A stretch of 64,000 bases of DNA, from assembly GCA_050733215.1 (NCBI GenBank), contig JBOHSN010000007.1:3034-67033 (forward strand), read 5' to 3'. Of this stretch, positions 26,348-36,045 are shown piece after piece. Position numbers and translations under genes: made by a program. This DNA is from Gemmatimonadales bacterium. GTDB lineage: Bacteria; Gemmatimonadota; Gemmatimonadetes; Gemmatimonadales; GWC2-71-9. The notes beneath the pieces were generated by a model. The model did no database searches. It was not told the DNA's origin and saw nothing but the letters and a program-made list of their open reading frames with translations. The first letter of the stretch is position 1; the number at the start of each line of letters is the position of its first letter.

Positions 26348-27877
26348 ATGACTGTCGAGGGTCAGGCGCAACTCAACATCGCCGACTTCTTTCTCGATGC
26401 CCGGGTGCGCGAAGGCCGGGGCGACCGGACCGCGCTCATTACCGATGCCGGACGGTTGAGCTACCGAGAGGTTCAGGCGCTGGCCAACCGCTATGCCAAC
26501 CTGCTCAGTTCGGCGGGAGTGTCTCCGGAACAGCGCGTCATCATCGCCCTGCCAGACGGGCCCGACTACGTGGCGGCGCTGTTCGGCATCCTGAAGATCG
26601 GCGCCGTCGTAGTGATGGTCAACCCGGAGCTCAAGCCCGACGCGATCGAGTACTTCTTCGAGTACAGCCGCGCCGTAGTGGCGCTGGTAGCCGCGGAGCG
26701 GGCCGACGCATTTCGCGCCGCGGCCGGCCGGGGTGCACATGCGCCCGCGTTGCTGGTCGTGGGCCTCGGCGATTGGAAATCGCGCCTCGATGTGGCACCG
26801 GAGACCTGGCGGAACTTTCCCACGCACCCTGACGACGCCGCCATCTGGCTCTTCTCCGGCGGCACCACCGGCCGCCCCAAGGCCGCGGTGCAGCCGCATC
26901 GCTCGTTCGTCAACACGGCGCAGTGCTACGCCGGCCAAGTCCTCTGCTACACCGAGGACGACGTGACGCTCTCGGTTCCTAAACTCTATTTCGGCTACGC
27001 GACCGGCTCCAATCTCCTCTTTCCCTTCGCCGCCGGCGCCGCCAGCGTGCTGTTCGACGACCGCTGCACCGCAGAAGTCATCTTCAGCCGAATCGCGCGA
27101 TGCCGGCCGACCATCCTGATCACCGTCCCCACGATGATCAACCAGATGGTGAGTCATCCGGAGGCCGGCCGCCAGGACCTCTCCTCCTTACGACTGGCGA
27201 CTTCCGCGGGAGAGGGGTTGCCCGAAGAGCTGCACGCCAGGTGGGACCGGACTTTCGGGGTTCCGCTCCTCGACGGCCTCGGCACCGCGGAGATGTGGCA
27301 CATCTTCCTCTCCAATCGACTGGGCCGGGTTCGCCGTGGGACGCTGGGCGAGGTGGTGCCCGGCTTCGAGATCAGGGTGGCGGACGAGGAGGGTCGGGAG
27401 GTGCCTGACGGGACGATCGGGCACCTCTGGGTGCGGGGCGGGTCGCGGGCCCTGGGCTATTGGCAACAGCTGGACAAGAGCCAGACCTGCTTCCGGGGTG
27501 AGTGGGTGGTTACGGGCGACCTGGTCCGGCGTGACGCCGACGGCTACTACGGCTATGGCGGCCGAGCCGACGAGCTGCTCAAGGTGTCGGGCAGATGGCT
27601 CTCCCCCACCGAGGTGGAAGGCTGCCTGCTGCTCCACCCGGCGGTGTCGCAGGTGGCGGTGGTGGGCGTGGCCGACGCGAATGGCCTGGTCAAGCCGTAT
27701 GCCTACGTCGTCCCTCGCGAGCGCCGCGACGGCCTGGCGGAGGAGCTCAAGGCCTTCGTGCGCGATCGGCTGGAGCCGTACAAGCATCCCCGCGAGGTGA
27801 TCTTCCTCGACGCCCTCCCGACCACGCACCTGGGGAAGGTGGACCGGGGCCAGCTCAGGGCGGGACCGGGGCACTGA
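26348..27877 (+). CDS. Aryl-CoA ligase of the benzoate/2-aminobenzoate-CoA ligase family
   Basis: ATG at 26348. AMP-binding motifs LFSGGTTGRPKA and GDLVRRDADGYYGYGGRADELLKVSG. The upstream part of track ORF 25367.. is antisense to the creatininase gene. Confidence 0.85.
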   Translation: MTVEGQAQLNIADFFLDARVREGRGDRTALITDAGRLSYREVQALANRYANLLSSAGVSPEQRVIIALPDGPDYVAALFGILKIGAVVVMVNPELKPDAIEYFFEYSRAVVALVAAERADAFRAAAGRGAHAPALLVVGLGDWKSRLDVAPETWRNFPTHPDDAAIWLFSGGTTGRPKAAVQPHRSFVNTAQCYAGQVLCYTEDDVTLSVPKLYFGYATGSNLLFPFAAGAASVLFDDRCTAEVIFSRIARCRPTILITVPTMINQMVSHPEAGRQDLSSLRLATSAGEGLPEELHARWDRTFGVPLLDGLGTAEMWHIFLSNRLGRVRRGTLGEVVPGFEIRVADEEGREVPDGTIGHLWVRGGSRALGYWQQLDKSQTCFRGEWVVTGDLVRRDADGYYGYGGRADELLKVSGRWLSPTEVEGCLLLHPAVSQVAVVGVADANGLVKPYAYVVPRERRDGLAEELKAFVRDRLEPYKHPREVIFLDALPTTHLGKVDRGQLRAGPGH

Positions 27878-27982
27878 AGAAACGCGAACCATCCACCGCG
27901 CGCCAGATCGTGGGTTTCCCGTGCCGAAACTCCGGCTCGTGTCCGGGCGTAGCATGAACTGTCACCACACGTCGAGCCGCCC

Positions 27983-30106
27983 ATGGTTTCACCCCTGCTT
28001 GTCGCCATGGCACTGCTTTACCCGCAGTCGCCGGAGCCGAATACCGCGCTGGTCAACGGGAATTGGCTCCACGCCAGCGGGTTCCGGCCCGACACGTTCT
28101 ACGCGGTGGGACCGACGCTCACCCGACGCCGACCGGAGCGGGTCGATACCGTCATCGATCTGGCGGGTGGATACGTGGTCCCCGCCGCCGGTGATGCGCA
28201 CCAGCACCGCTTCAACGATCCAGAGAAGATCGCCGACGAGACCCGTCGGTTCCTTCGTGACGGCGTGTTCTACGTCATGGTGCAGGACGCGATCGTCGAG
28301 CCTGGTCCCGAGGTCCTCCGCCGGGTGAACACCCCGGAAGGCGTGGACGTGGTGTACACCCGTGCCCCGCTCCTCGCCTCGACCCACGGCCTGCCCGGAT
28401 TCTTCCAGCGTCTGGCCGCGCAGGGGATCTTCGGCTCGCGCCGCACGGCGCGCGAGCTCGACGGTCATGCATTCGTGGTGATCGACACCCCGGCCGACCT
28501 CGAGGCCAAATGGCCGGCGGTGCTCCGGGCCAACGCCGACTTCATCAAGGTCATTCTCGCCTTCTCCGAGGACTTGCCCCGCCGTCGCACCCCGGCCTTT
28601 CTCGCGGACTCCGCCCATGCCATGGCCCGCCCAGGACTGGATCCCGCGCTCCTGGAGCCGATCGTGGCTCGCGCCCACGGGGCGGGGCGCAGGGTCTCGG
28701 TGCACGTCGAGACTGCGCAAGACTTCGCGGTGGCCGTCCGCGCGGGCGCGGACCTGATCGCGCACCTGCCCGGGTGGCACGTCGGCCCGACCGCGGGCTT
28801 CCCAGACACTTCGCTGGGTCACTGGCTGATCCGGGAAGAGGACGCGGCGCGGGCCGCACGGCAGGGAACGACGGTCATCACCACGATCCTGCCGAAACCG
28901 TTCTTCGACAACGAGCGTCTGGGCGACCGGTTCGCCCGGGTGCAGCGGGAGAACCTCAGCCTGCTCCACCGTCATGGGGTGCCGATCGCGCTTGGCGCCG
29001 ATGGGGACGAGACCGCCTTGGGTGAGCTGCGGTCGATCCGCCGGCTCGAAGTGTTCGACAACGCGACCCTGCTCCGGATGCTGGTCGAGAACACGCCGCG
29101 GACGATCTTTCCCTCCCGCCGGATAGGCCGACTCGAAGAAGGATACGAGGCCAACCTCCTCGTGCTCGGCGGAGATCCGCTAGCCGATCTGGAGCGCCTG
29201 AGCGATGTGCGGCTTCGCATGAAGCAAGGGAGGCTGCTCGTCCTCCTCCCATCCTCCAGGTCCGCGCAGGAGGCCGACTCGGCCAGCTTCTCGGCCACGC
29301 GTGTGGCCGGACCAGTCCACTTTCTCCGTGCGGACCGCGGCCCGACGTTCGACAACGCCGTCGCCTCGATCGGCGCCGACGGTACGCTCCTGGTGGATGC
29401 GGCGTACGCCGCGACGGCCGACTCGCTGCTGGCGGCCTTGACGCGAGCCGGCGGAACCGGCCCGCAGATCCTGATCAACACCCACTACCACCACGCCGGC
29501 GGTAACGCCGGACTCGGCCGCGGCTCGGTCATCATCGGCCACAGCAACACGCGGCGCCGGATGCGGCAGCCGACCCGGATGTACGGCATGATGCCGATCG
29601 GCCCCTGGTCCGATTCCGCGCTCCCCGCAGTAGAGGTCGACACCGGGCTCACGCTCCACTTCAACGGGGAGGAGATCCGCCTGCTCCACTTCCCGCGCGC
29701 CCATACCGACGGCGACTTGGTGGTGTTCTTCATCGGTTCGGGGGTAGTGGCCACGGGCGACCTGTACGTGCCCATGCTCGGCCCCTGCGACTGGGCCAAC
29801 GGCTGCCACTGGGACGACTACGTGTCGGGAATCCGCCGGCTGACGGCGCTAGTCCCCTCGGATGCCGTGATTCTGCCCGGGCACGGACCGCCGAGCACCC
29901 CGGCCGAGCTGCGCGAGTTCGCGGGGCTGCTGGGAGACGTCACCGCCCGGTTGCGCCGGGCGATGGCCGCTGGGCGGAGCCGGGAGCAAGTCGTGGCGGA
30001 GGGACTCCCCGCCCGCTACGCTGCCTGGGCGCGACGCGGCATTCCGGCCGATTTCTTCCTGGGCAACGCGTACGACGCGATGCGAGCCGGGGCAGAGTCG
30101 GAGTAG
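27983..30106 (+). CDS. Fusion protein: amidohydrolase-superfamily domain + metallo-beta-lactamase-fold domain
   Basis: 707 aa. N-terminal half has an amidohydrolase pattern (GDAHQH..., VHVETAQD, LGADGD). C-terminal half is MBL-like (INTHYHHAGGN, HFPRAHTDGDLVVFF, LPGHGP) with an atypical metal motif. Confidence 0.65.
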   Translation: MVSPLLVAMALLYPQSPEPNTALVNGNWLHASGFRPDTFYAVGPTLTRRRPERVDTVIDLAGGYVVPAAGDAHQHRFNDPEKIADETRRFLRDGVFYVMVQDAIVEPGPEVLRRVNTPEGVDVVYTRAPLLASTHGLPGFFQRLAAQGIFGSRRTARELDGHAFVVIDTPADLEAKWPAVLRANADFIKVILAFSEDLPRRRTPAFLADSAHAMARPGLDPALLEPIVARAHGAGRRVSVHVETAQDFAVAVRAGADLIAHLPGWHVGPTAGFPDTSLGHWLIREEDAARAARQGTTVITTILPKPFFDNERLGDRFARVQRENLSLLHRHGVPIALGADGDETALGELRSIRRLEVFDNATLLRMLVENTPRTIFPSRRIGRLEEGYEANLLVLGGDPLADLERLSDVRLRMKQGRLLVLLPSSRSAQEADSASFSATRVAGPVHFLRADRGPTFDNAVASIGADGTLLVDAAYAATADSLLAALTRAGGTGPQILINTHYHHAGGNAGLGRGSVIIGHSNTRRRMRQPTRMYGMMPIGPWSDSALPAVEVDTGLTLHFNGEEIRLLHFPRAHTDGDLVVFFIGSGVVATGDLYVPMLGPCDWANGCHWDDYVSGIRRLTALVPSDAVILPGHGPPSTPAELREFAGLLGDVTARLRRAMAAGRSREQVVAEGLPARYAAWARRGIPADFFLGNAYDAMRAGAESE

Positions 30107-30160
30107 CCGCGAGCCGGGGCGCGGGCTTGCGCTCCCGGCTTCGATCAGGCCGAGGATTCG

Positions 30161-30290
30161 CCACGGCCTGGCGGAGGAGCTCAAGGCCTTTGTGCGCGGC
30201 CGGTTGGAGCCGTACAAGCATCCGCGCGAGGTGTATTCGTCGATTCCCTCCCGACCACGCATCTGGGAAAGGTGGACCGGGGCCAGCTCG
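30161..30290 (+). pseudogene. Remnant of an aryl-CoA ligase 3' end
   Basis: About 130 nt, ~80% identical by eye to 27728-27857 (GLAEELKAFVR.RLEPYKHPREV...GKVDRGQL), with a 1-nt deletion that breaks the frame. Confidence 0.8.
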
Positions 30291-30566
30291 GGGCGCCTTC
30301 GAGTGGCTGAAATCGACTGCCTCGCGCGCCCTCCGTGCTGACATATCCGCAGCCCTCGAGCGTGCCAAACCGACCACGCAGTCACACCTAGCTGGCGCTG
30401 CCCGGCCGAACCCGATCCCACCGCCTTGACGACCCCCGTACCGAGCGGTACGGTATCGCCGACTCCACAGCACCTCTCAGAGAACAAGGGCAAACCCAGT
30501 GAGCCGGTTATTGCGATGCCGGCCGTATGTATTCGCAAGCTTCCCTGACGAAGAAGGAGGTAGTCT

Positions 30567-30959
30567 ATGCGTTTACATCAATGGATATCGGCTCGGGTGA
30601 GCAAGGGGGTCGTCGTAGCCGCTGGGTTGGTCTTGTCAGGCGGATTGATTGTGTTTGTCGAAGAAGCAAGCAGTTCTCCGGTGTCGGCGGAGAAACAGGG
30701 CAAAATCGAAGCCAGTATCTTTGCTTATGATGGTAAGGACTTTGTTCGAACCAAGACCACGTTGGTTACCAAGGAGGGAAAACCCGCCACCAATACAAAA
30801 CTCGAGCATGACACTCCAGCATATAAGGCATTGGTCCAAAAACACTCGTACACCGGGGACGCCACTGTATTTGGCCGGAAATACGACGCCAACTATGCAC
30901 CGCTCACTAGTGAAGACGGCCGCTTGACAGGCGCTCTGTTTGTTGCCGTCGCAAAGTAA
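30567..30959 (+). CDS. Small secreted stand-alone Cache-like sensor-domain protein
   Basis: 130 aa with an N-terminal TM/signal segment. FAYDGKDFVRTKTTLVTKEGKPATNTKL...YTGDATVFGRKYDANYAPLTSEDGRLTGALFVAV resembles the periplasmic Cache domain of chemoreceptors. Low-GC context, GGAGG RBS. Confidence 0.55.
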   Translation: MRLHQWISARVSKGVVVAAGLVLSGGLIVFVEEASSSPVSAEKQGKIEASIFAYDGKDFVRTKTTLVTKEGKPATNTKLEHDTPAYKALVQKHSYTGDATVFGRKYDANYAPLTSEDGRLTGALFVAVAK

Positions 30960-31203
30960 GAGATGGACGTCGCTCGTCGGCGCGAACCGGGTTGACAGCC
31001 GAGTCTCGGCGCCGGATGCATCATATCCATCTGAGCGTTGCCATAGACTAGCGATTGCCGCCGCGTAATGGATGTTCAACCTGCGGGCTTGACCAGCCCG
31101 CAGAGCGTCAGCATCTGCGACCCAGGGCTACTACTCGTTAGAGCGGCGTCCGTGCGCTCCGCTCCTAATCGGTGACGGACGATCCATCGGATCGAATGGT
31201 GAC

Positions 31204-31617
31204 CTGAGCCCCGCTGCGAGCAGGCGAGTTCGCCCCGGCGCTCGACCGTGCCAAGCTGCTGCTGGCTCTGGTCGAGATCAGATTCGCTTGCGGGGAGATC
31301 GCCGCCGCCGCCGAGGGAGCATCAGAGCTGGAGACGATCACCACGACCTACACGTCACCCGCGCTCGTGGCCTCGGCAGCTCTCGCGCGCGGCAGGGTCG
31401 AGCTCGCGCGTGGCCAGGCGGAGGAGGCCATGTTGCATCTCCGGCGCGCCTGCCGGATCTGGGCCGAAATCGACTGCCGATCGAGCTCGCACAAACCAGG
31501 CTCCTGCTGTCTCATGCGTACTCGACTCGGGGCAATACCGACGAGGCGGAGTTGGAGGAGCGTGCGGCGCAGGCAGCCATGGATCGCATCGGGGCCGGAG
31601 CGCTCCGACGCGAATGA
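31204..31617 (+). pseudogene. C-terminal remnant of a large TPR/LuxR-type regulator, frameshifted
   Basis: ...AALARGRVELARGQAEEAMLHLRRACRIWAEID then a frame shift to PIELAQTRLLLSHAYSTRGNTDEAELEERAAQAAMDRIGA. No N-terminal part. Confidence 0.65.
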
Positions 31618-31648
31618 ATGATCCCGAATTAGCCCCTCACCCCAGCAT

Positions 31649-31689
31649 TGCCCCTCCTGGGCTCGAACCAGGACTCTCCTGATCCAGAG
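31649..31689 (-). repeat. tRNA-Gln-like repeat C (core only)
   Basis: Exact 41-nt consensus core, 20 nt downstream of the stop of the cupin gene at 31710. Confidence 0.85.
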
Positions 31690-31709
31690 CGACTCGGGGA
31701 TGTCGTCAG

Positions 31710-32192
31710 CTACGCTATTGGGCGATGGATCTCGAGGCCGTGGCGCTTTCCCGCGGCTGCCAGTGTGTCGAAGTCGGGCAGTGGTCCCGGGCTGGGGAGC
31801 GTGCGTGCCGTGGCCTTCTCTCCTACCTCGTTGAAGAAGTCCTCGATGCCGGGACGGTCGTAGATCACCAGAGCCCGGGCCGGGAGCGTGGTCGGGTTAT
31901 CCATCCATTCGAGCGTGCCTTCGGGGAAATAGAGGAAGTCCCCCGGCGCCGCCTCGAGCACCTGGTCATCCACGTGGTACCGAATCGTGCCCTCGAGAAC
32001 ATAGACCGCTTCGCCGCAGTCGTGGCGATGGGGTGGCGCTCCCGGCTTACCAGGTGGATATGTCATCTCGACGACGGTCAAATGGCCTCCGGTATCCTGC
32101 CCGGTGGCCTTGATCTCGAAGAGCGAGCCGAGTACCCAAAGCGGCTTCCCCTCGTTCTTCCGGGCGACGGTCGCGTGTAGGACGGTGGTCAT
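31710..32192 (-). CDS. Cupin-domain protein
   Basis: 160 aa. PPHRHDCGEAVYVLEGT cupin motif. Confidence 0.75.
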   Translation of the reverse strand: MTTVLHATVARKNEGKPLWVLGSLFEIKATGQDTGGHLTVVEMTYPPGKPGAPPHRHDCGEAVYVLEGTIRYHVDDQVLEAAPGDFLYFPEGTLEWMDNPTTLPARALVIYDRPGIEDFFNEVGEKATARTLPSPGPLPDFDTLAAAGKRHGLEIHRPIA

Positions 32193-32590
32193 GCTGGTAT
32201 CCCCCTTCCTCGGAACTGCAGATCAAACCGTGGCTCTTGGGGCCGACGGTCCCGCAACAGGCCGGCGCGGGTCAAGGGACCGCCGCGTCTAAGCTCGCCC
32301 GCGGTCCCCACCTGTCAAGGCGGTGATCAGCGGGCCTGGTCGTTGCCCGGTGCGGGGTGCCGCTTGCGCAGCCACCGGCGAACTTGAACGCCTAGGCCTT
32401 CGCAAGCGTGTGCATCTCGTCCGCCTCCTGCGCCCACGTCGTCCTGAGGAAATGGCGGAGCTCCTTGGCCACGCCGGGATCCTCTTTGAACGTCTATCGC
32501 CCGGAGTGACCCGACGGCCGAGCAGCGCGCTTCGTAAACCAATCGGGGGGTTCAAGACCAACGCCGCGGCCGAAGCCGCGGCGGTGCTCC

Positions 32591-32606
32591 AGTTGCCCCT
32601 CCTGGG
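32591..32606 (-). repeat. 16-nt remnant of the tRNA-like core (acceptor strand + T-stem)
   Basis: AGTTGCCCCTCCTGGG is identical to the end of copy E (57336-57351). The similarity stops there. Confidence 0.5.
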
Positions 32607-32674
32607 TGGGGGTGGCTGGTTCGCGGGGCTGATCGGACCGTCCACGCAAGGACTACACGGATGCCCCGACCCCC

Positions 32675-33997
32675 TCACGAACGGTGGGCATCGAGTTGCT
32701 CGAGCGCACCTCGCAGCCGAACCAGCAGGTCTCCAATAGCGCTTTCAGAAACGCTGCCCACGGAGAGCCGGAACCACCCTGGCTCACCGTGGAAGCCGAA
32801 GGCCTCAAACGGCACCGCCGCGAGGCCGGCTCGCTCAAGCAGAAAGCACCTGATGGCCTCCGTCGGATCCACGGCCGGCCCCGCGAGGCCGCGTCCCTCT
32901 CGCGAGCCGAACCGCACGCTCAGGTACATGGCGCCCGCTGGCGCTACCGCCTCGACGGGCAACCCGTCCCGCCGCAAGGCCAGCATACCGGCGTGGAGCC
33001 GGTCGAGGCGACGCTGGAGACCGAGTTGCATGGTGCGACGGGCCGCGGCGACAGCTTCGGTGTCGGCGAGCATCTCCGCCGTGGCGACCTGCACCGGCCG
33101 CGGAGCCCAGGCACCGACGTGGCCCAGCAATGCGCTGAACTGGGCCGCGAGATGCGCCGGAGCGCAGACCCAGCCGACCCGCAACCCGGTCGCCGCAAAA
33201 GCCTTGGAGATGCCGTCCACCAGAATGGTGTAAGGCGCCATCTCAGGCCTGAGCGCCTGCGGGATGACGTGCGAGCGGCCGCCGAAGGTCAGCATCCAGT
33301 ACACCTGATCATAGAGGAGACAGAGCGGCGGCTCCTCCGGCGAGCGCCGCGCGTTCTCCTCCAGGATGGCGTCGCAGATGGCTTCGAGGGTCGCCCGGTC
33401 GAAGGCGGTGCCGCTGGGGTTGACCGGCGAGTTGAGCACCAGGAGTCGCGCGCCGCGTAGGCGGCTGGCCAGCATGGCCGCGGTCGGAAGGAACGCCGTG
33501 TCACTGCCGCACTGGATCGGAACCGGGGTGGCTCCGGCCAGCTCGCAGTAGTGGTCGTTGTTCCAGGACGGCACCGGGAAGACGACCCGGTCGCCCCGAT
33601 CCACCGTAAGCTGATAGGCGGCGAACAGCCCGGGCCGGGCACCGCCGGTGACCACGATAGACGCAGGGGCGATCGAAAGCCCGAACTCCCGGGCATAGAG
33701 CGCCGAGATCTGCTCCCGCAGCGCGAGGATCCCCGCGGCAGGTGGATAGTTCGTCTCGCCGCGGCGAAGCGCGCCCTCGATCCGCTCGAGCAGCAGCCGG
33801 GGGATGGGGAACTCGCGCGGATCGAAATCGCCGATGCTGAGATTGCAGATCTGCCGTCCGCTCGCCTGCAGCGCGCGGACCTCGTCGGCGATCGCCAGAA
33901 TGCGCGACCCGACGAGGCCGGCGAAGCGGCCGCGAGCCGCCTCCCGGGGTGGAGGCTGCTCCGTCTCCGGGCCTGCCCCGCCCGCCGTCGATGTCAT
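32675..33997 (-). CDS. PLP-dependent aminotransferase (class I/II)
   Basis: 440 aa. NLSIGDFD, NSPVNPSG and the Lys motif VDGISKAFAATGLRVGW. Confidence 0.85.
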   Translation of the reverse strand: MTSTAGGAGPETEQPPPREAARGRFAGLVGSRILAIADEVRALQASGRQICNLSIGDFDPREFPIPRLLLERIEGALRRGETNYPPAAGILALREQISALYAREFGLSIAPASIVVTGGARPGLFAAYQLTVDRGDRVVFPVPSWNNDHYCELAGATPVPIQCGSDTAFLPTAAMLASRLRGARLLVLNSPVNPSGTAFDRATLEAICDAILEENARRSPEEPPLCLLYDQVYWMLTFGGRSHVIPQALRPEMAPYTILVDGISKAFAATGLRVGWVCAPAHLAAQFSALLGHVGAWAPRPVQVATAEMLADTEAVAAARRTMQLGLQRRLDRLHAGMLALRRDGLPVEAVAPAGAMYLSVRFGSREGRGLAGPAVDPTEAIRCFLLERAGLAAVPFEAFGFHGEPGWFRLSVGSVSESAIGDLLVRLRGALEQLDAHRS

Positions 33998-36042
33998 GGG
34001 GCCGAAGACTTCCGCTGCACCAGCGTCAGGATGGTGTAGACGGCGACCGGCTCAGCGTTCTGATTGGTGACCTCCACATCCCAGGCGACCACGCCCTGCG
34101 GTGCCTGGCCGTCGGGCGTTTCCTTGGCCGTCTTCTGCTTGCAGGTGAGTCGCGCACGGATGGTGTCGCCGGGGTAGACCGGCTTCACGAAGCGGAGGTT
34201 GTCCAACCCGTAGTTGGCCAGCACCGGTCCGGGTGCGGGGTCGACGAAGAGACCCGCCGCAGCGGAGAGGACGAAGTATCCGTGGGCCACCCGCCGCTCG
34301 AAGAGCGAGGCCTTCGCCGCGGCATCGTCCATGTGGGCGTAGAAGAAGTCGCCGCTGATGCCCGCGAAGTTGACCACGTCCGCCTCGGTCACGGTCCGGC
34401 CGTGGGTGAGCCACGTCTCGCCGATGCGCAGCTCCTCGAAGTGCTTGCGGAAGGGGTGGATCCCGTCACTCAGCTGAGGGGCTCCTTTCACCCACTCCCG
34501 TCCGACGGCGGTCAGGGTGGCGGGCGTCCCCTGGATCGCGGAGCGCTGCATGTAATGGAGGACGCCGCGCACGCCGCCCATCTCCTCGCCACCTCCGGCG
34601 CGCCCGGGCCCGCCGTGGATCAGATGGGGCAGCGGCGAGCCATGCCCCGTGGACTCCTTCGCGTTATGGCGATTGAGGACCATGAGCCGCCCATGGTACG
34701 CGGCGGTGCCGAGCACGACGTCACGCGCCACCGAGTCGTCGGCGGTGACCACCGAGCCGCAGAGGCTCCCCCGGCCGAGCCGGGCGAGCGCGATCGCCTC
34801 GTCCAGCGCGCGGTACGGCATCACGGTGTTCACCGGGCCAAACGCCTCCACGTCGTGCGGCTCGGATTTACGGAACGGTGCATCGCAGTAGTAGAGGAGC
34901 GACGGAAAGAACGCGCCTTTCGCCGGGTCGGCGCCCACGACTTCGAAGCGCTCCGGATCGCCGTGGACGCGCTCGCACGAGGCGGCGATCCGATTCGCGC
35001 TGTCGCTGACCTCGCTCACCTGTGCGCGGCCCGCCAGCGGCCCCATCCGGACGCCTTCCACCGACGGGTCACCCAGAGTGGCGCCGGCGAGCCGCTTCGA
35101 GAGCGCTCGGACCACGTCCTCGGTCATCCCTTCCGGCACGATGGTCCGCCGGATAGCAGTACACTTCTGTCCCGCCTTCACCGTCATCTCTTTCACGACC
35201 TCTTTGACGAAGAGATCGAACTCCTCCGAGCCCGGCCCGGCATCCGGGCCAAGGATGCAGTAGTTGAGCGAGTCGGCTTCGAGGTTGAACCGGACCGACT
35301 CGCCGATCACGCGCGGGTGACTCTTGAGCTTCCGACCAGTCGCGGCTGACCCGGTGAAGGTGACCACGTCCTGGCAGGTTAGATGGTCGAGCAGGTCGCC
35401 GACCCCGCCGCAGATGATCTGGAGCGCACCCTCGGGGAGAATCCCCGCGTCCAGCATCGTGCGCGCCAGCCGCTCGGCGAGGAACGAGGTCACCGTGGCC
35501 GGCTTCACGATGGCGGGCATCCCGGCGAGGAAGGTGGGAGCGAGCTTCTCCAGCATCCCCCAGCAGGGGAAATTGAAGGCGTTGATGTGAACCGCCACGC
35601 CCTCGAGCGGCACGCACAGGTGGCGGCCGAGGAACGTTCCTCCCTTCGAGATCCGTTCGACCGAGCCGTCGATATAGAACGTCTCGTCGGGGAACTCGCG
35701 GCGCCCCTGGCTTGCGTAGACGAAGAACGTGTTGATGCCGCCTTCGATGTCGATCCACGAGTCGGCCTTCGTCGCACCGGTCCCGGTCGAGACCTGATAG
35801 AGCCCCTCCTTGTGCTCCATCAGGTGCTGCGCCATGGCCTTGAGCATCCGAGCCCGCTGGTGGAATGTCATCGTCCGGAGCTTGGGTCCTCCGACGCGGC
35901 GGGCATACTCCAGCATCCCCTTGAAGTCCAGGCCCTCGCTGGTCGCCTCGGCGATCTTCTCGCCCGTCACGGCGTGGAACAGCTCGGTCGGCGGGCCGGT
36001 CCCCGTGACCCAGTGACCCTGCGCATAACTCTGCAACCGCAT
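33994..36042 (-). CDS. paaZ: Bifunctional aldehyde dehydrogenase / MaoC hydratase PaaZ
   Basis: 682 aa. N-terminal ALDH ([25 protein letters not shown]). C-terminal hot-dog domain. Confidence 0.9.
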   Translation of the reverse strand: MRLQSYAQGHWVTGTGPPTELFHAVTGEKIAEATSEGLDFKGMLEYARRVGGPKLRTMTFHQRARMLKAMAQHLMEHKEGLYQVSTGTGATKADSWIDIEGGINTFFVYASQGRREFPDETFYIDGSVERISKGGTFLGRHLCVPLEGVAVHINAFNFPCWGMLEKLAPTFLAGMPAIVKPATVTSFLAERLARTMLDAGILPEGALQIICGGVGDLLDHLTCQDVVTFTGSAATGRKLKSHPRVIGESVRFNLEADSLNYCILGPDAGPGSEEFDLFVKEVVKEMTVKAGQKCTAIRRTIVPEGMTEDVVRALSKRLAGATLGDPSVEGVRMGPLAGRAQVSEVSDSANRIAASCERVHGDPERFEVVGADPAKGAFFPSLLYYCDAPFRKSEPHDVEAFGPVNTVMPYRALDEAIALARLGRGSLCGSVVTADDSVARDVVLGTAAYHGRLMVLNRHNAKESTGHGSPLPHLIHGGPGRAGGGEEMGGVRGVLHYMQRSAIQGTPATLTAVGREWVKGAPQLSDGIHPFRKHFEELRIGETWLTHGRTVTEADVVNFAGISGDFFYAHMDDAAAKASLFERRVAHGYFVLSAAAGLFVDPAPGPVLANYGLDNLRFVKPVYPGDTIRARLTCKQKTAKETPDGQAPQGVVAWDVEVTNQNAEPVAVYTILTLVQRKSSAP

Positions 36043-36045
36043 AGT

